From an uncultured delta proteobacterium (lineage in GTDB: Bacteria > Desulfobacterota > Desulfobacteria > Desulfobacterales > Desulfosalsimonadaceae): DNA of 64,000 nucleotides. Under the pieces are notes generated by a model, which worked only from the letters and a program-made list of their open reading frames with translations, was not told the DNA's origin and searched no databases. Below are positions 20,009 through 29,609 of this stretch, one piece after another. The stretch spans positions 1 through 64,000 of the forward strand of contig CAWGYD010000002.1 of assembly GCA_963826785.1 (NCBI GenBank), given 5' to 3'. Numbering within the stretch: position 1 is the stretch's first letter; each line of letters begins with the position of its first letter. The translations under genes were made by a program, and so were the position numbers.

Positions 20009-21022
20009 GTGCAGATGACGGACGATCCGTCAAGAAGCGAAGGGAGCTTGCCCAAAACGGTCAAAGCGCAGGACTTTAAAAAGCTGGCCAGCGGAATTGC
20101 GGCGGCGATTCTGGTCTGCATGTTGTCTTTTACGGTTCCGGTCCTGGGAATTTTCTTTTTCCTGCTGATCCCGCTGCCGTTGATTTTATACCGGATACGG
20201 CTGGGCCGAAAACAGGGATTGATCATTGCCGGGGCCGCTTTTTTACTGCTGGCGGCCATCGGCAATGCAGGAATTGACCTGGTCTTTCTGGCCGCTATGA
20301 TGGTTCTTGGCGTCTGCATGGGCGAATTCATCGACCAGCAGCGAAGCGTTGAACAGATCATCGGGATTTCCTGCGGTGTAGTGGCAACAGCCGGCATGAT
20401 GGGCCTGGTGATCTATAGCAACATGATCAATACCGGTCCGGTGCAGCTGATCTCAGGTTATATCCAAACCAACCTGGGAATGACCATTGCATTTTACGAA
20501 GAAATCGGCATTTCAGCGGAAACCGTGGGCATGCTCAAAGCGGCCCGGGAACAGATCCAGTATGTATTGCTGCGGATCATTCCCGGACTGATCGTTGCAT
20601 CCCTGCTGTTTTCGGCATGGCTGAATCTTGTCCTGGCACGCAAATTCATCCGTACCGGGCGTATGGTGCCAAATGAACCGGCGGCCTTGAATGCCTGGAA
20701 AACACCGGATCCGCTGGTGTGGGCCGTGATCGCCTGCGGTCTGCTGCTGCTGATTCCCGATGCCGCGCTGAAACTGATCGGTTTAAACGGGATGATCATC
20801 CTGCTGACAATCTATTTTTTTCAGGGAATAGCGGTGGTTGCATATTATTTCGATAGAAAACGCGTCCCTGTTGTTTTCAGGTTCTTTTTCTACCTGTTTA
20901 TCGCACTTCAGCAGATTTTTATGATCGTGATCATCGGAATCGGTTTTTTTGATGTCTGGGGTGATTTCAGACGGATCGGAAGTGCTGACCATCAGGACGG
21001 GAATGAAACCAAACCGACTTGA
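20009..21022 (+). CDS. DUF2232/YybS family membrane protein
   Basis: Multi-TM protein, YFFQGIAV and GFFDVWGDFR motifs, between rpsR and rplI. Confidence 0.85.
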   Translation: MQMTDDPSRSEGSLPKTVKAQDFKKLASGIAAAILVCMLSFTVPVLGIFFFLLIPLPLILYRIRLGRKQGLIIAGAAFLLLAAIGNAGIDLVFLAAMMVLGVCMGEFIDQQRSVEQIIGISCGVVATAGMMGLVIYSNMINTGPVQLISGYIQTNLGMTIAFYEEIGISAETVGMLKAAREQIQYVLLRIIPGLIVASLLFSAWLNLVLARKFIRTGRMVPNEPAALNAWKTPDPLVWAVIACGLLLLIPDAALKLIGLNGMIILLTIYFFQGIAVVAYYFDRKRVPVVFRFFFYLFIALQQIFMIVIIGIGFFDVWGDFRRIGSADHQDGNETKPT

Positions 21023-21067
21023 TCAAATTGGATTTTGATAGTTATTATCGTTGCGGAGGCCAACCAT

Positions 21068-21511
21068 ATGAAAATTTTGTTGAGAGAAACCATTGAAGCA
21101 TTGGGAATCGTCGGCTCTGAAGTCGAGGTTAAAAAGGGATATGCCCGCAATTACCTCATCCCCCAGGGCAAAGCCATTTATGCCACCCCCCAGAACCGCA
21201 AGCTTTTCGAACAGGAAAAAAAGAAGCTGGATCTTCAGGTGACCAAGGAGAAGGAACTGGCTGAGCAGATTGCCAAGCAGGTAGAAGGGGTTGTCTGCAC
21301 CGTCAAGGCGAAAGTCGCGGATGAAGACCGTCTCTACGGGTCGGTGACTGTCCGGGATATTGAAGAGGCTCTGGCCGCCCAGGGCATCGATGTCCAAAAA
21401 CGGATGATCCTGCTGGCCGAACCCATCAAAACGCTGGGGTCCTATTCGGTTCCGATTCGGGTCTACAAGGACATCGAGCCTGAAATCACCGTGGTGGTCG
21501 AACCCGAGTAA
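21068..21511 (+). CDS. rplI: 50S ribosomal protein L9
   Basis: MKILL...VKKGYARNYLIPQG; LYGSVT; SD GGAGG. Confidence 0.98.
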   Translation: MKILLRETIEALGIVGSEVEVKKGYARNYLIPQGKAIYATPQNRKLFEQEKKKLDLQVTKEKELAEQIAKQVEGVVCTVKAKVADEDRLYGSVTVRDIEEALAAQGIDVQKRMILLAEPIKTLGSYSVPIRVYKDIEPEITVVVEPE

Positions 21512-21694
21512 CTCACTCGAAGAGGACGGCAGGTACTTTCGGGTTATATACGCGGCTAAATCAGCCGGGACTGCCGAAATATCTTTTCAGACGACTTTTC
21601 CACCAGCTGTTTACAGAGACCTTCGCGATGTTCCGCAATGAAAACAAATTCAGCGGGCCATCGGATTTTCTGGTGTTTTTTTATCCCATCGTTT

Positions 21695-21738
21695 GCGCCC
21701 GGGTCCTTTTTCAAGTGATCCGGGCGCTTATTTTTTTT
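21695..21738 (+). terminator. Intrinsic terminator
   Basis: GCGCCCGGGTC...GATCCGGGCGC followed by TTATTTTTTTT. Confidence 0.7.
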
Positions 21739-21971
21739 CCCGGCCGTTTAACTTTTTGTTGCTGAGATTGACGGCAAGTTATGATACGATCAGACCTTCC
21801 ATGCAGCAGTTGATCGCCCGCTGACCTTGTTGACAAAAGACCATTCCCGTTTGTTTCAAAGATGATAAACCATTAACCCAGACGCTAAGCCGCCGGTATT
21901 CAGTCATTATCGTCGGCTATTCACATATTCCGCTAACCACACGTTAATTTTCAGTTCAGAAAACAGGCCTT

Positions 21972-23372
21972 ATGGATACACCCTCTACGCGACCGGATAA
22001 AGATGCTGCCATGAACAAGCTTCCTCCTCAGAATATCGATGCCGAGGAGTCGATCATCAGCGCAGTGCTTTTGGACAATTCAACGCTTCTGGAAATCATG
22101 GACGTGGTTTCGCCCGCTGATTTCTACCGAACCGCCCATCAGAAGATTTTTGAAGGGATCACCGAACTGTTTCAGCGGGGAGACCCGGTGGACCTGGTGA
22201 CGCTGGCGGATTTCCTCCAAGGCAAAAAACTGATAGAAGAAATCGGCGGCGCGGTTTACCTGGCCAAACTGGTGGATACCGCTCCGGTGCCCTCCAATGC
22301 CCGCTTTTATGCCCGGATCATCCGGGACAAGGCTTCGCTGCGGCGGTTGATTGCCGCGGCCAATCAGATCACCACCCGCTGTTTCGACCATTCCGCGCAA
22401 GTGGATGATATCATCGATTATGCGGAGAAAACCATCTTCGAAGTCGCCGAAAACAAGACGCGCAATACGATCTCACCCATCAGTGAATTGATCGACAGCA
22501 ATATCGACACACTCATCGAGCGGCAGGGAAATAAGACACTGATCAGCGGTGTGCCCACCGGTTTCACCAAGGTCGATACCATGACATCGGGATTTCAGGG
22601 GTCGGACCTGATCATCCTGGCAGCCCGCCCGGGTATGGGCAAAACCGCTTTTTCCCTGAATGTCGCACGAAACGCCGCAGTAAATGCCGGCGTACCGGTG
22701 GTCTTTTTTTCCCTGGAAATGTCCAAGGAACAGCTATCCATGCGTCTGCTGTGCGCCGATGCCCGCCTGGATTTCTCCAAGCTGCGGGACGGAAGATTCG
22801 ATGAAGAACAATGGGAAAAGCTGACCCAGGCGGCCAGCACGTTGTCCAATGCCCCTATTTTTATCGATGATTCTGCAGAACTGACGTCGCTCGACATCAA
22901 AACCAAATGCCGGCGTCTTAAAATGGAAAAGGATATCGGCCTGGTGATCATCGACTATATTCAGCTGATGAAACCCCGGATTCACATGGAGCGGCGCGAT
23001 CTGGAAATTTCCGAAATTTCAAGATCGCTCAAATCCCTGGCCAAGGAACTCCATATTCCGATTATCGGACTTTCCCAGCTCAACCGGATGCTCGAATCCA
23101 GAAGCGATAAACGCCCGCAGTTGTCCGATCTCCGGGAATCGGGTGCTCTTGAACAGGACGCGGATCTGGTTATGTTTATATACAGGGACGAAATCTACAA
23201 CAAAGAGGAGAACAACCCCAAAAAAGGGATCGCGGAAATCCATCTGGCCAAACAGCGTAATGGTCCCGTGGGCATGCAGGAACTGATGTTTTTAAACCAG
23301 TACACCCGATTCGAGAATATGGCTTTTGGCTTCGATACCTTTCCCGCTGAGCCTGAAGGCAGCATTCACTGA
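21972..23372 (+). CDS. dnaB: Replicative DNA helicase
   Basis: PPQNIDAE; AARPGMGKT; IDYIQLM; SDLRESGALEQDAD; KQRNGP. Confidence 0.98.
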   Translation: MDTPSTRPDKDAAMNKLPPQNIDAEESIISAVLLDNSTLLEIMDVVSPADFYRTAHQKIFEGITELFQRGDPVDLVTLADFLQGKKLIEEIGGAVYLAKLVDTAPVPSNARFYARIIRDKASLRRLIAAANQITTRCFDHSAQVDDIIDYAEKTIFEVAENKTRNTISPISELIDSNIDTLIERQGNKTLISGVPTGFTKVDTMTSGFQGSDLIILAARPGMGKTAFSLNVARNAAVNAGVPVVFFSLEMSKEQLSMRLLCADARLDFSKLRDGRFDEEQWEKLTQAASTLSNAPIFIDDSAELTSLDIKTKCRRLKMEKDIGLVIIDYIQLMKPRIHMERRDLEISEISRSLKSLAKELHIPIIGLSQLNRMLESRSDKRPQLSDLRESGALEQDADLVMFIYRDEIYNKEENNPKKGIAEIHLAKQRNGPVGMQELMFLNQYTRFENMAFGFDTFPAEPEGSIH

Positions 23373-23519
23373 TCGGGGATAAAGCCCCCATCGACTGCGT
23401 TGGGGGCATGAAAACCTTTGGGGTCTTTTTGCAGCTAAAGAAGCGCGCTTAACCTGTCCTTGCTTCCTTTAAATTTTGCGATCCATTATTTTGTGATCCT
23501 TTGGGGATCTTAGACATAA

Positions 23520-25211
23520 ATGAAAAAAATCTACGGCAACCTGATCGGGCTCAAAGCCGGCCAGGTTAAACATCTTGAAAATCTGAGCAACCACCGCGTT
23601 CCGCCGGAGCGCATCATCTCGCCCCGGCTGATCGGACAGATGAGCGAACTTTCGCATGAAATCCGGCGGCAGGTCGGACTGCTGATCAACCGCTCGGGGA
23701 AAGTCGTTTCCGTCCTGGTGGGGGATCCCAACGGCATTCTGCTTCCGGATACCAGCGAATACAAAACCCCGCCTGGCCGGCTCAAAGGGTTGCGGTATAT
23801 CCACACCCATCTAAAAGACGAAAAGCTCTCCCGTGAAGACCTGACCGACCTGACCCTGCTTCGTCTGGACCTGATCGCCGCGGTAACCCTGACATCTGCG
23901 GGTCTGCCTTTTCAGGTCCACGTGGGCAGCATTTTGCCCAATCCGACGGATAAAACGCCTTATCAACTTCATCCTCCCGAAGATCCCGAGAGGCTGGATA
24001 TCAACTGTATAGAACTCATCCGGGCAATTGAATCCGAAATGTCGAGGATCAGTGCCGCCCATGAAGTCGCCTCGGGTGTGGAAAAGGCGATCCTCATCAG
24101 CGTGACCGCACTGGCCCGTCACAAGGCGGAAGCCTCCCTGGAAGAACTGAAGGAACTGGCCCGCTCCTGCGGCATCTATGTTCTGGATTCTGTTATCCAG
24201 CATCGCCGCCAGTCAGACTCGCGGTTCCTCATGGGCCGCGGCAAGGTGGAAGAGCTTTCCATCATGGCCATGCAGGAAGGGGCCTCCCTGATTATCTTCG
24301 ACCAGGAGCTCAACCCGTCACAGATTCGCTCCATCACCGACACCATCGACCTGAAGGTGATCGACCGGACCCAGCTGATTTTAGACATCTTTGCCCAGCG
24401 CGCCCAGACCCGGGAAGGAAAGCTGCAGGTGGAATTTGCACAGCTAAAATACATGCTTCCGCGACTGGTCACCAAAAACACGGCCATGTCCCGGCTGACC
24501 GGCGGTATTGGTGGGCGCGGCCCCGGGGAAACCAAGCTTGAGATCAACCGCCGCCGCATCCGGGACCGGATCACCCGCATTGAAAAGGAACTCAAAAGCG
24601 TTCGAAAACAGCGCCAGCTCCAAAAATCAAGGCGGGAAAAGAAGGGGCTGCCGGTGATTTCCATTATCGGCTATACCAATGCCGGCAAATCCACCCTGCT
24701 CAACACTTTGACGAAAAGCGATGTTCTTGCGGAAAACCGGCTTTTCGCCACCCTGGATCCATCCAGCAAGCGCATGCGGTTTCCCCGGGACACCGAGGTG
24801 ATCATCACCGACACCGTGGGGTTTATCAAGGATCTGCCCAGGGAACTCCGGGTGGCCTTTCAGGCGACACTGGAGGAGCTGGAAAGTGCCGATCTCCTGA
24901 TCCATGTCATCGATGCGGCCAATCCCGACTGCCGGGCGCACATGGAATCGGTGGACCGGATTCTGGAAGACCTCAGCCTCAATCGGATTTCACGCTTGAA
25001 TGTGCTGAACAAGCAGGACCTGACCGATCCGGATACCCTGGCTGCCCTGATCAGAGAAACCGGCGGCATCCCTGTTTCCGCAAGACGGGCGGATACCATT
25101 GCGCCGCTCATCGATGCCATGGAGCAGATGATCGGCCAGCCGTTTGCAGATCCCGCCGGATCATTTTCACCCCGGCCCGAAACTGCCTCCGGTCCGGCAA
25201 TAATCTGTTGA
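23520..25211 (+). CDS. hflX: GTPase HflX (long N-terminal form)
   Basis: GGIGGRGPGETKLE; GYTNAGKSTL; LFATLDP; DTVGFI. Confidence 0.96.
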   Translation: MKKIYGNLIGLKAGQVKHLENLSNHRVPPERIISPRLIGQMSELSHEIRRQVGLLINRSGKVVSVLVGDPNGILLPDTSEYKTPPGRLKGLRYIHTHLKDEKLSREDLTDLTLLRLDLIAAVTLTSAGLPFQVHVGSILPNPTDKTPYQLHPPEDPERLDINCIELIRAIESEMSRISAAHEVASGVEKAILISVTALARHKAEASLEELKELARSCGIYVLDSVIQHRRQSDSRFLMGRGKVEELSIMAMQEGASLIIFDQELNPSQIRSITDTIDLKVIDRTQLILDIFAQRAQTREGKLQVEFAQLKYMLPRLVTKNTAMSRLTGGIGGRGPGETKLEINRRRIRDRITRIEKELKSVRKQRQLQKSRREKKGLPVISIIGYTNAGKSTLLNTLTKSDVLAENRLFATLDPSSKRMRFPRDTEVIITDTVGFIKDLPRELRVAFQATLEELESADLLIHVIDAANPDCRAHMESVDRILEDLSLNRISRLNVLNKQDLTDPDTLAALIRETGGIPVSARRADTIAPLIDAMEQMIGQPFADPAGSFSPRPETASGPAIIC

Positions 25212-25244
25212 CGTGAACAGATCATTTGGGTACGGTGCTGGCAT

Positions 25245-26033
25245 ATGGATTTAAATCACGTGAAAAACGTCGGGATTGGTGCGGCATACAAAGGCGCAAA
25301 AATCCTGACTCATTATTTCGGGAACCTGCCAGAAATCCGGAAAAAAGGCCCCGATGACCTGGTTACCCGGGCCGATATCGAATCCGAAAAAATGATCATC
25401 GATACCATTCGCGCTGCCTACCCCGAACACGCCTTCATGGCCGAGGAAAGCGGGAACAGCAGTGCGGTATCCTCATGCCGCTGGATTATCGATCCTTTGG
25501 ACGGCACCACCAACTTTGCGCACGAGATTCCGATTTTTGCCGTTTCCATCGCGTTTGCCATAGACGATGTGCTGACCGTGGGCATTGTCTTAAACCCGGT
25601 TTCCGGCGAACTGTTCACCGCGGTCCGGGAAAAGGGAGCCGAACTAAATGGCCATCCCATCCGGGTTTCCGCACAGACCCGATTATCCGACAGCCTTCTG
25701 GTCACCGGCTTTCCCTATGATGCCAAAGCCTGCACCGATCCGCTGATGACCCGATTCGAAAGGTGCCTTTCCGCGGCCCAGGGGGTGCGGCGGCTGGGCT
25801 CTGCGGCCATTGATCTGTGCTATGTGGCCTGCGGGCGGTTTGAAGGCTTCTGGGAGGAAGGATTAAAGCCCTGGGACACGGCGGCCGGTGCGCTTATTGC
25901 GCGGGAAGCCGGGGGATCGGTAACCAATTTTTCGGGAAGCCATTACGGAATCATGGACAAGGAACTGCTGGCCACCAACGGTCACATTCATAAAGACGTC
26001 TTATCATTACTGGAGATTGAGAATTTATTATGA
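25245..26033 (+). CDS. suhB: Inositol monophosphatase family protein
   Basis: WIIDPLDGTTNFAH; RRLGSAA; KPWDTAAG. Confidence 0.93.
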   Translation: MDLNHVKNVGIGAAYKGAKILTHYFGNLPEIRKKGPDDLVTRADIESEKMIIDTIRAAYPEHAFMAEESGNSSAVSSCRWIIDPLDGTTNFAHEIPIFAVSIAFAIDDVLTVGIVLNPVSGELFTAVREKGAELNGHPIRVSAQTRLSDSLLVTGFPYDAKACTDPLMTRFERCLSAAQGVRRLGSAAIDLCYVACGRFEGFWEEGLKPWDTAAGALIAREAGGSVTNFSGSHYGIMDKELLATNGHIHKDVLSLLEIENLL

Positions 26034-26233
26034 AGGACCTGCTGCTGAGAGTCAAAAACCGGTTTGCGACCAAGTACGTGGAATGCTTCGGCGATTTCTG
26101 CCTTTCGGATACCGTTTGCCGAAAACATTGCGCCCTGCGCCTGCAGTGTGCCATCGAGCAAAATGAGCAAGTCGGAATTGAGCAGCTTGAAGACCTGTTT
26201 ACTTTCCAGGAGATGTCCTTAAAAATCCAATAA
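26030..26233 (+). CDS. Small Cys-rich hypothetical protein (67 aa)
   Basis: ATGA overlap with suhB; five Cys in CFGDFC-x5-C-x3-C-x5-C; stops 4 bp before a convergent gene. Confidence 0.65.
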   Translation: MKDLLLRVKNRFATKYVECFGDFCLSDTVCRKHCALRLQCAIEQNEQVGIEQLEDLFTFQEMSLKIQ

Positions 26234-26237
26234 TGAA

Positions 26238-27614
26238 TTACAACCGCATCTTACCCGGGTTTAAAATCCCGGCGGGATCAAACGCCTTCTTGATGCGCTT
26301 CATCAGATCAAGCGCATCTTTATGGATTTCCCTGGACATGTAGTCGGATTTGCTGATGCCCACGCCGTGCTCCCCGGAGATCGTCCCGCCCAGTTCAAGG
26401 GTATAATCGAATATATCCGACACCGCCCGGTCCGCCTTTTCTTTCTGGGCAGCCTCTTTTTTATCCAGCATGATGTTGAAATGAATGTTGCCGTCGCCGG
26501 CATGGCCGAAACTCACCATGGTCAGCCCGGTCTCGGCGCTTAACCGCCGGATCCTTTTTACCATGTCCGGTATACGGCTTCGGGGGACCACGATGTCCTC
26601 ATTGATCTTGTCCGGCCCGTACTTGAACAAAGCCGGGGACACCGCCTTTCTGGCTTTCCAGATCAGGGCCGCTTCCTGCTCGGTTTTGGCGATGCGAAAT
26701 TCCCGGGCGCCAGAATCCCGGCAAAGCGCTTCGATGCGCTCAAGGGAATGGCGCACTTCCTGTTCGCCGCCATCCACCTCGATGATAAGCATGGCTTGTG
26801 CTGAAACAGGCAGCCCGGCTTTAAGATATTCTTCCACGCAGATAATAGAGGCCTGATCCATGAACTCAATGGTGGCGGGAATGATTCCCTGGCGCACGAT
26901 TTCCGATACGGTGGATGCGGCGGCTTCCATCTGGTCATAGATCACCGTCAGTGTACGGGTAAGGGCGGGCTTTGGCAGCAGACGCACGGTAAGACGGGTG
27001 ATGACCCCCAGCGTCCCTTCCGAACCGACCATCAGCCGGGTCAGGTCATATCCGACGACGCCCTTTACGGTCTGTGTCCCCGTTTTGATGATCTCACCGG
27101 CGGGAAGCACGATCTCCAGGCCCAGCACGTAATCCCGGGTGACTCCGTACTTGACCGCCCGGGGGCCTCCTGCGCACTCCGCGGCATTTCCCCCCAGGGT
27201 CGAAAATTCGGCGGAGGATGGATCCGGCGGATAAAACAGGCCCTCGTGTTCCACCGCCCGGGCAAATGCACCCGTGGTCACCCCTGGCTCCACATGGGCC
27301 ACCAGGTTATCCCTGTCGATTTGAATGATTTGGTTAAACCGCGTCATGACCATGACCACCCCGCCGCTGACGGGCACGGAACCGCCCGTCATGCCCGACC
27401 CTGCACCCCGGGGGGTCACATAAAATCCTTCCTGGGTGGCCAGTTTCAAAATGGCGGCGACTTCTTCACGGTTGGCCGGGAATACCACGGCGTCGGGCAA
27501 AAACCGGTGGGCGGTGGCATCATAGGCATAGCAGACCCGATCTTCCATTGCGTAAAGACAGTGGTCTTTTCCCACGATCTGCCGAAGCTTTTTGTAGATG
27601 TCCGGTTTCAGCAT
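26238..27614 (-). CDS. FAD-linked oxidase, GlcD/D-lactate dehydrogenase family
   Basis: PRGAGSG; YPPDPSS; GHAGDGNIH; ISGEHGVG; LNPGK. Confidence 0.92.
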   Translation of the reverse strand: MLKPDIYKKLRQIVGKDHCLYAMEDRVCYAYDATAHRFLPDAVVFPANREEVAAILKLATQEGFYVTPRGAGSGMTGGSVPVSGGVVMVMTRFNQIIQIDRDNLVAHVEPGVTTGAFARAVEHEGLFYPPDPSSAEFSTLGGNAAECAGGPRAVKYGVTRDYVLGLEIVLPAGEIIKTGTQTVKGVVGYDLTRLMVGSEGTLGVITRLTVRLLPKPALTRTLTVIYDQMEAAASTVSEIVRQGIIPATIEFMDQASIICVEEYLKAGLPVSAQAMLIIEVDGGEQEVRHSLERIEALCRDSGAREFRIAKTEQEAALIWKARKAVSPALFKYGPDKINEDIVVPRSRIPDMVKRIRRLSAETGLTMVSFGHAGDGNIHFNIMLDKKEAAQKEKADRAVSDIFDYTLELGGTISGEHGVGISKSDYMSREIHKDALDLMKRIKKAFDPAGILNPGKMRL

Positions 27615-27632
27615 GCACCTGCCTACGGATTA

Positions 27633-28997
27633 TCAATTTTTGGGTGCGTTGAGTTTTTTCTCTATCAGGTCCACCTGCCGCGACACATCGCTTTTGAGCT
27701 TCATCTCCTTTTGCACCACATTGATGGAATGAATGACCGTGGCGTGATAGCGGTTGAAACTCCGCCCGATGGCTTCGATGGGATGGTCGGTATGCCTGCG
27801 CGCCAGAAAAATAGCAATCTGACGGGGCCTGACAATGGACTGTTTCCGGGACTTGGAAACCATGTCTTTTATGGAAATGCCGAATTCATTGCATACCGTC
27901 TTTTTGATATCCTCCACGGTTATTTTATAATGCTTCAGCACAATATTCTTGGCCACGCTTTCAGCCAGTGACAAATCTATGGGATGACCCATCAGGGAGG
28001 ATTTCATGATGACCCCGGTTAATCCGCTTTCCAGCTGCCGGACGCTCTGGGTCAATTCACCGGCCAGATATTCGATCACCTCGACGGGGATGGCCATGGC
28101 TTTTTCCCGGGCCTTGTTCTGCAGAATCTTGACGCGCGTCTTGAAATCCGGGGCATCGATTTCGGAAACCAGGCTGAGCGAAATACGGGATTTTAGCTGT
28201 TCGCTCAGCTTGGGAATTTCACCTAAAGGCATACAGCTGGAGTAAATGATTTTCTTTCCGGAATCATAGAGGTAGTCGAGTGTGAGGGCCAGTTCTTCCT
28301 GGGTCCGGGTCTTGCCGGACAGCATATGGATATCCTCCATGAGCAGTACGTCGCAAAACCGGCGATATTTGCTTTTGAAGGAGTCAATGGCATTTTTCTT
28401 ATACGCCTCCACCATTTCATTGGTGAAATCCTCTGCAGTGACATAAAAAACCTGCTGGCCCGGGTATGAGGCCAGTATCTGGTGACCGGCCGCCTGGGAG
28501 AGATGGCTTTTCCCCATTCCCGCAGGGGAGAGCAGAAACAGCGCGTTCTGCGACGGTTTTTTCTGAGAGGCGAGTGAAAGCGCGGCCATGTAGGCAAAAT
28601 CGCAATTCTTGCCCACCACGAAACGGTCGAAGGTGAAATCCCGGCGCAGCACCCGACCGTACTTAGGCCGGTTGCCCATATTGGGCAACGGGAGCTGACG
28701 GGGCTTCTGCCGCTCACAAGATAATGGTTCCGCCCCCGCATGTTGGCTGTTTTCGGCTTTTACAGGCACTTCCAGTATGAAATTCAATTTTGAATTTGCC
28801 GCCTGGCAAAGTTCGGACCTGATCAGTATTCCGAAATTTTCGATGATCCGCTTCTTTAAGAAATGATTCGGACAGACCAGCACGATGTTTTCTCCCGCCG
28901 GTTTCAAGAACTGGATCGGCTCGATCCATCTTTGAAACATGTGCGCGGGGATCCGTTCCTTGAGAGTTTCTTTTACGCGGTGCCATACGTTTTCCAT
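27633..28997 (-). CDS. dnaA: Chromosomal replication initiator DnaA homolog (divergent)
   Basis: FTFDRFVVG; Walker A GMGKSHL; AEDFTNE; VRQLE; domain IV SR.QSIVRPRQIA...HATVIHS. Confidence 0.88.
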   Translation of the reverse strand: MENVWHRVKETLKERIPAHMFQRWIEPIQFLKPAGENIVLVCPNHFLKKRIIENFGILIRSELCQAANSKLNFILEVPVKAENSQHAGAEPLSCERQKPRQLPLPNMGNRPKYGRVLRRDFTFDRFVVGKNCDFAYMAALSLASQKKPSQNALFLLSPAGMGKSHLSQAAGHQILASYPGQQVFYVTAEDFTNEMVEAYKKNAIDSFKSKYRRFCDVLLMEDIHMLSGKTRTQEELALTLDYLYDSGKKIIYSSCMPLGEIPKLSEQLKSRISLSLVSEIDAPDFKTRVKILQNKAREKAMAIPVEVIEYLAGELTQSVRQLESGLTGVIMKSSLMGHPIDLSLAESVAKNIVLKHYKITVEDIKKTVCNEFGISIKDMVSKSRKQSIVRPRQIAIFLARRHTDHPIEAIGRSFNRYHATVIHSINVVQKEMKLKSDVSRQVDLIEKKLNAPKN

Positions 28998-29191
28998 AGT
29001 GAATCAGTTCCTTGTCATCAAAAAAAGGTCAACCACGGGCCGTTCAAAATATCCAAATACTACTTGTTGCTGTATATAAAATCAGTTAAAAAGATGCGGA
29101 GGATCAAAGAATCCGAAAACGGAAGGGTGTTACATCGGGTGTAAAAGAACGTTGTTTCCTGCTGATAACTCTCAGCCGTCAATTGACTCCT

Positions 29192-29220
29192 CTTATAAGG
29201 GATATACCGCGCTCCGTCAA
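29192..29220 (-). promoter_or_regulatory. Putative sigma70 promoter of dnaA
   Basis: Minus strand TTGACG-N17-TATAAG. Confidence 0.55.
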
Positions 29221-29493
29221 CTCTGATCACAAGCGCTCGCATCCCCTTGAGCGGCAAATTATAAACATTGTATATTCATATGATTCTAAACATGTTAGAC
29301 ATCGGGTTAGTACAACTATTCAGAACTTCAGACAATTTATCAAAATCCGCTTTTATGTAGAAAAAATGAGCCGCTTGAGTTGAATTGACGGTTTCACTGG
29401 CCGGTCCGCCAAACTTTCGATCTTTCATTTGCTCTTTTTTTTGTCAATTTTTAAAAAAAATTGCGGATAAAGCGACAATTCGGTGACGCTCCT

Positions 29494-29521
29494 TTGACGG
29501 CATGATTTTATTTGTTACCAT
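29494..29521 (+). promoter_or_regulatory. Putative sigma70 promoter of the namZ-like gene
   Basis: TTGACG-N16-TACCAT with extended -10 TG. Confidence 0.5.
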
Positions 29522-29609
29522 TTCAGTTGATTGCGGTTTACACCGGTGAAAGCCGTTCATCTGCTCGGTTAAATTCACACCCACGCCTTCTGGAGGTAAA
29601 TATTATCGT

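Noticed and set aside
29000..29609. oriC upstream of dnaA; four TTGACGG/CCGTCAA copies as an operator array
   Set aside because: No cluster of TTATCCACA boxes seen. Two of the copies are well explained as -35 elements of divergent promoters.
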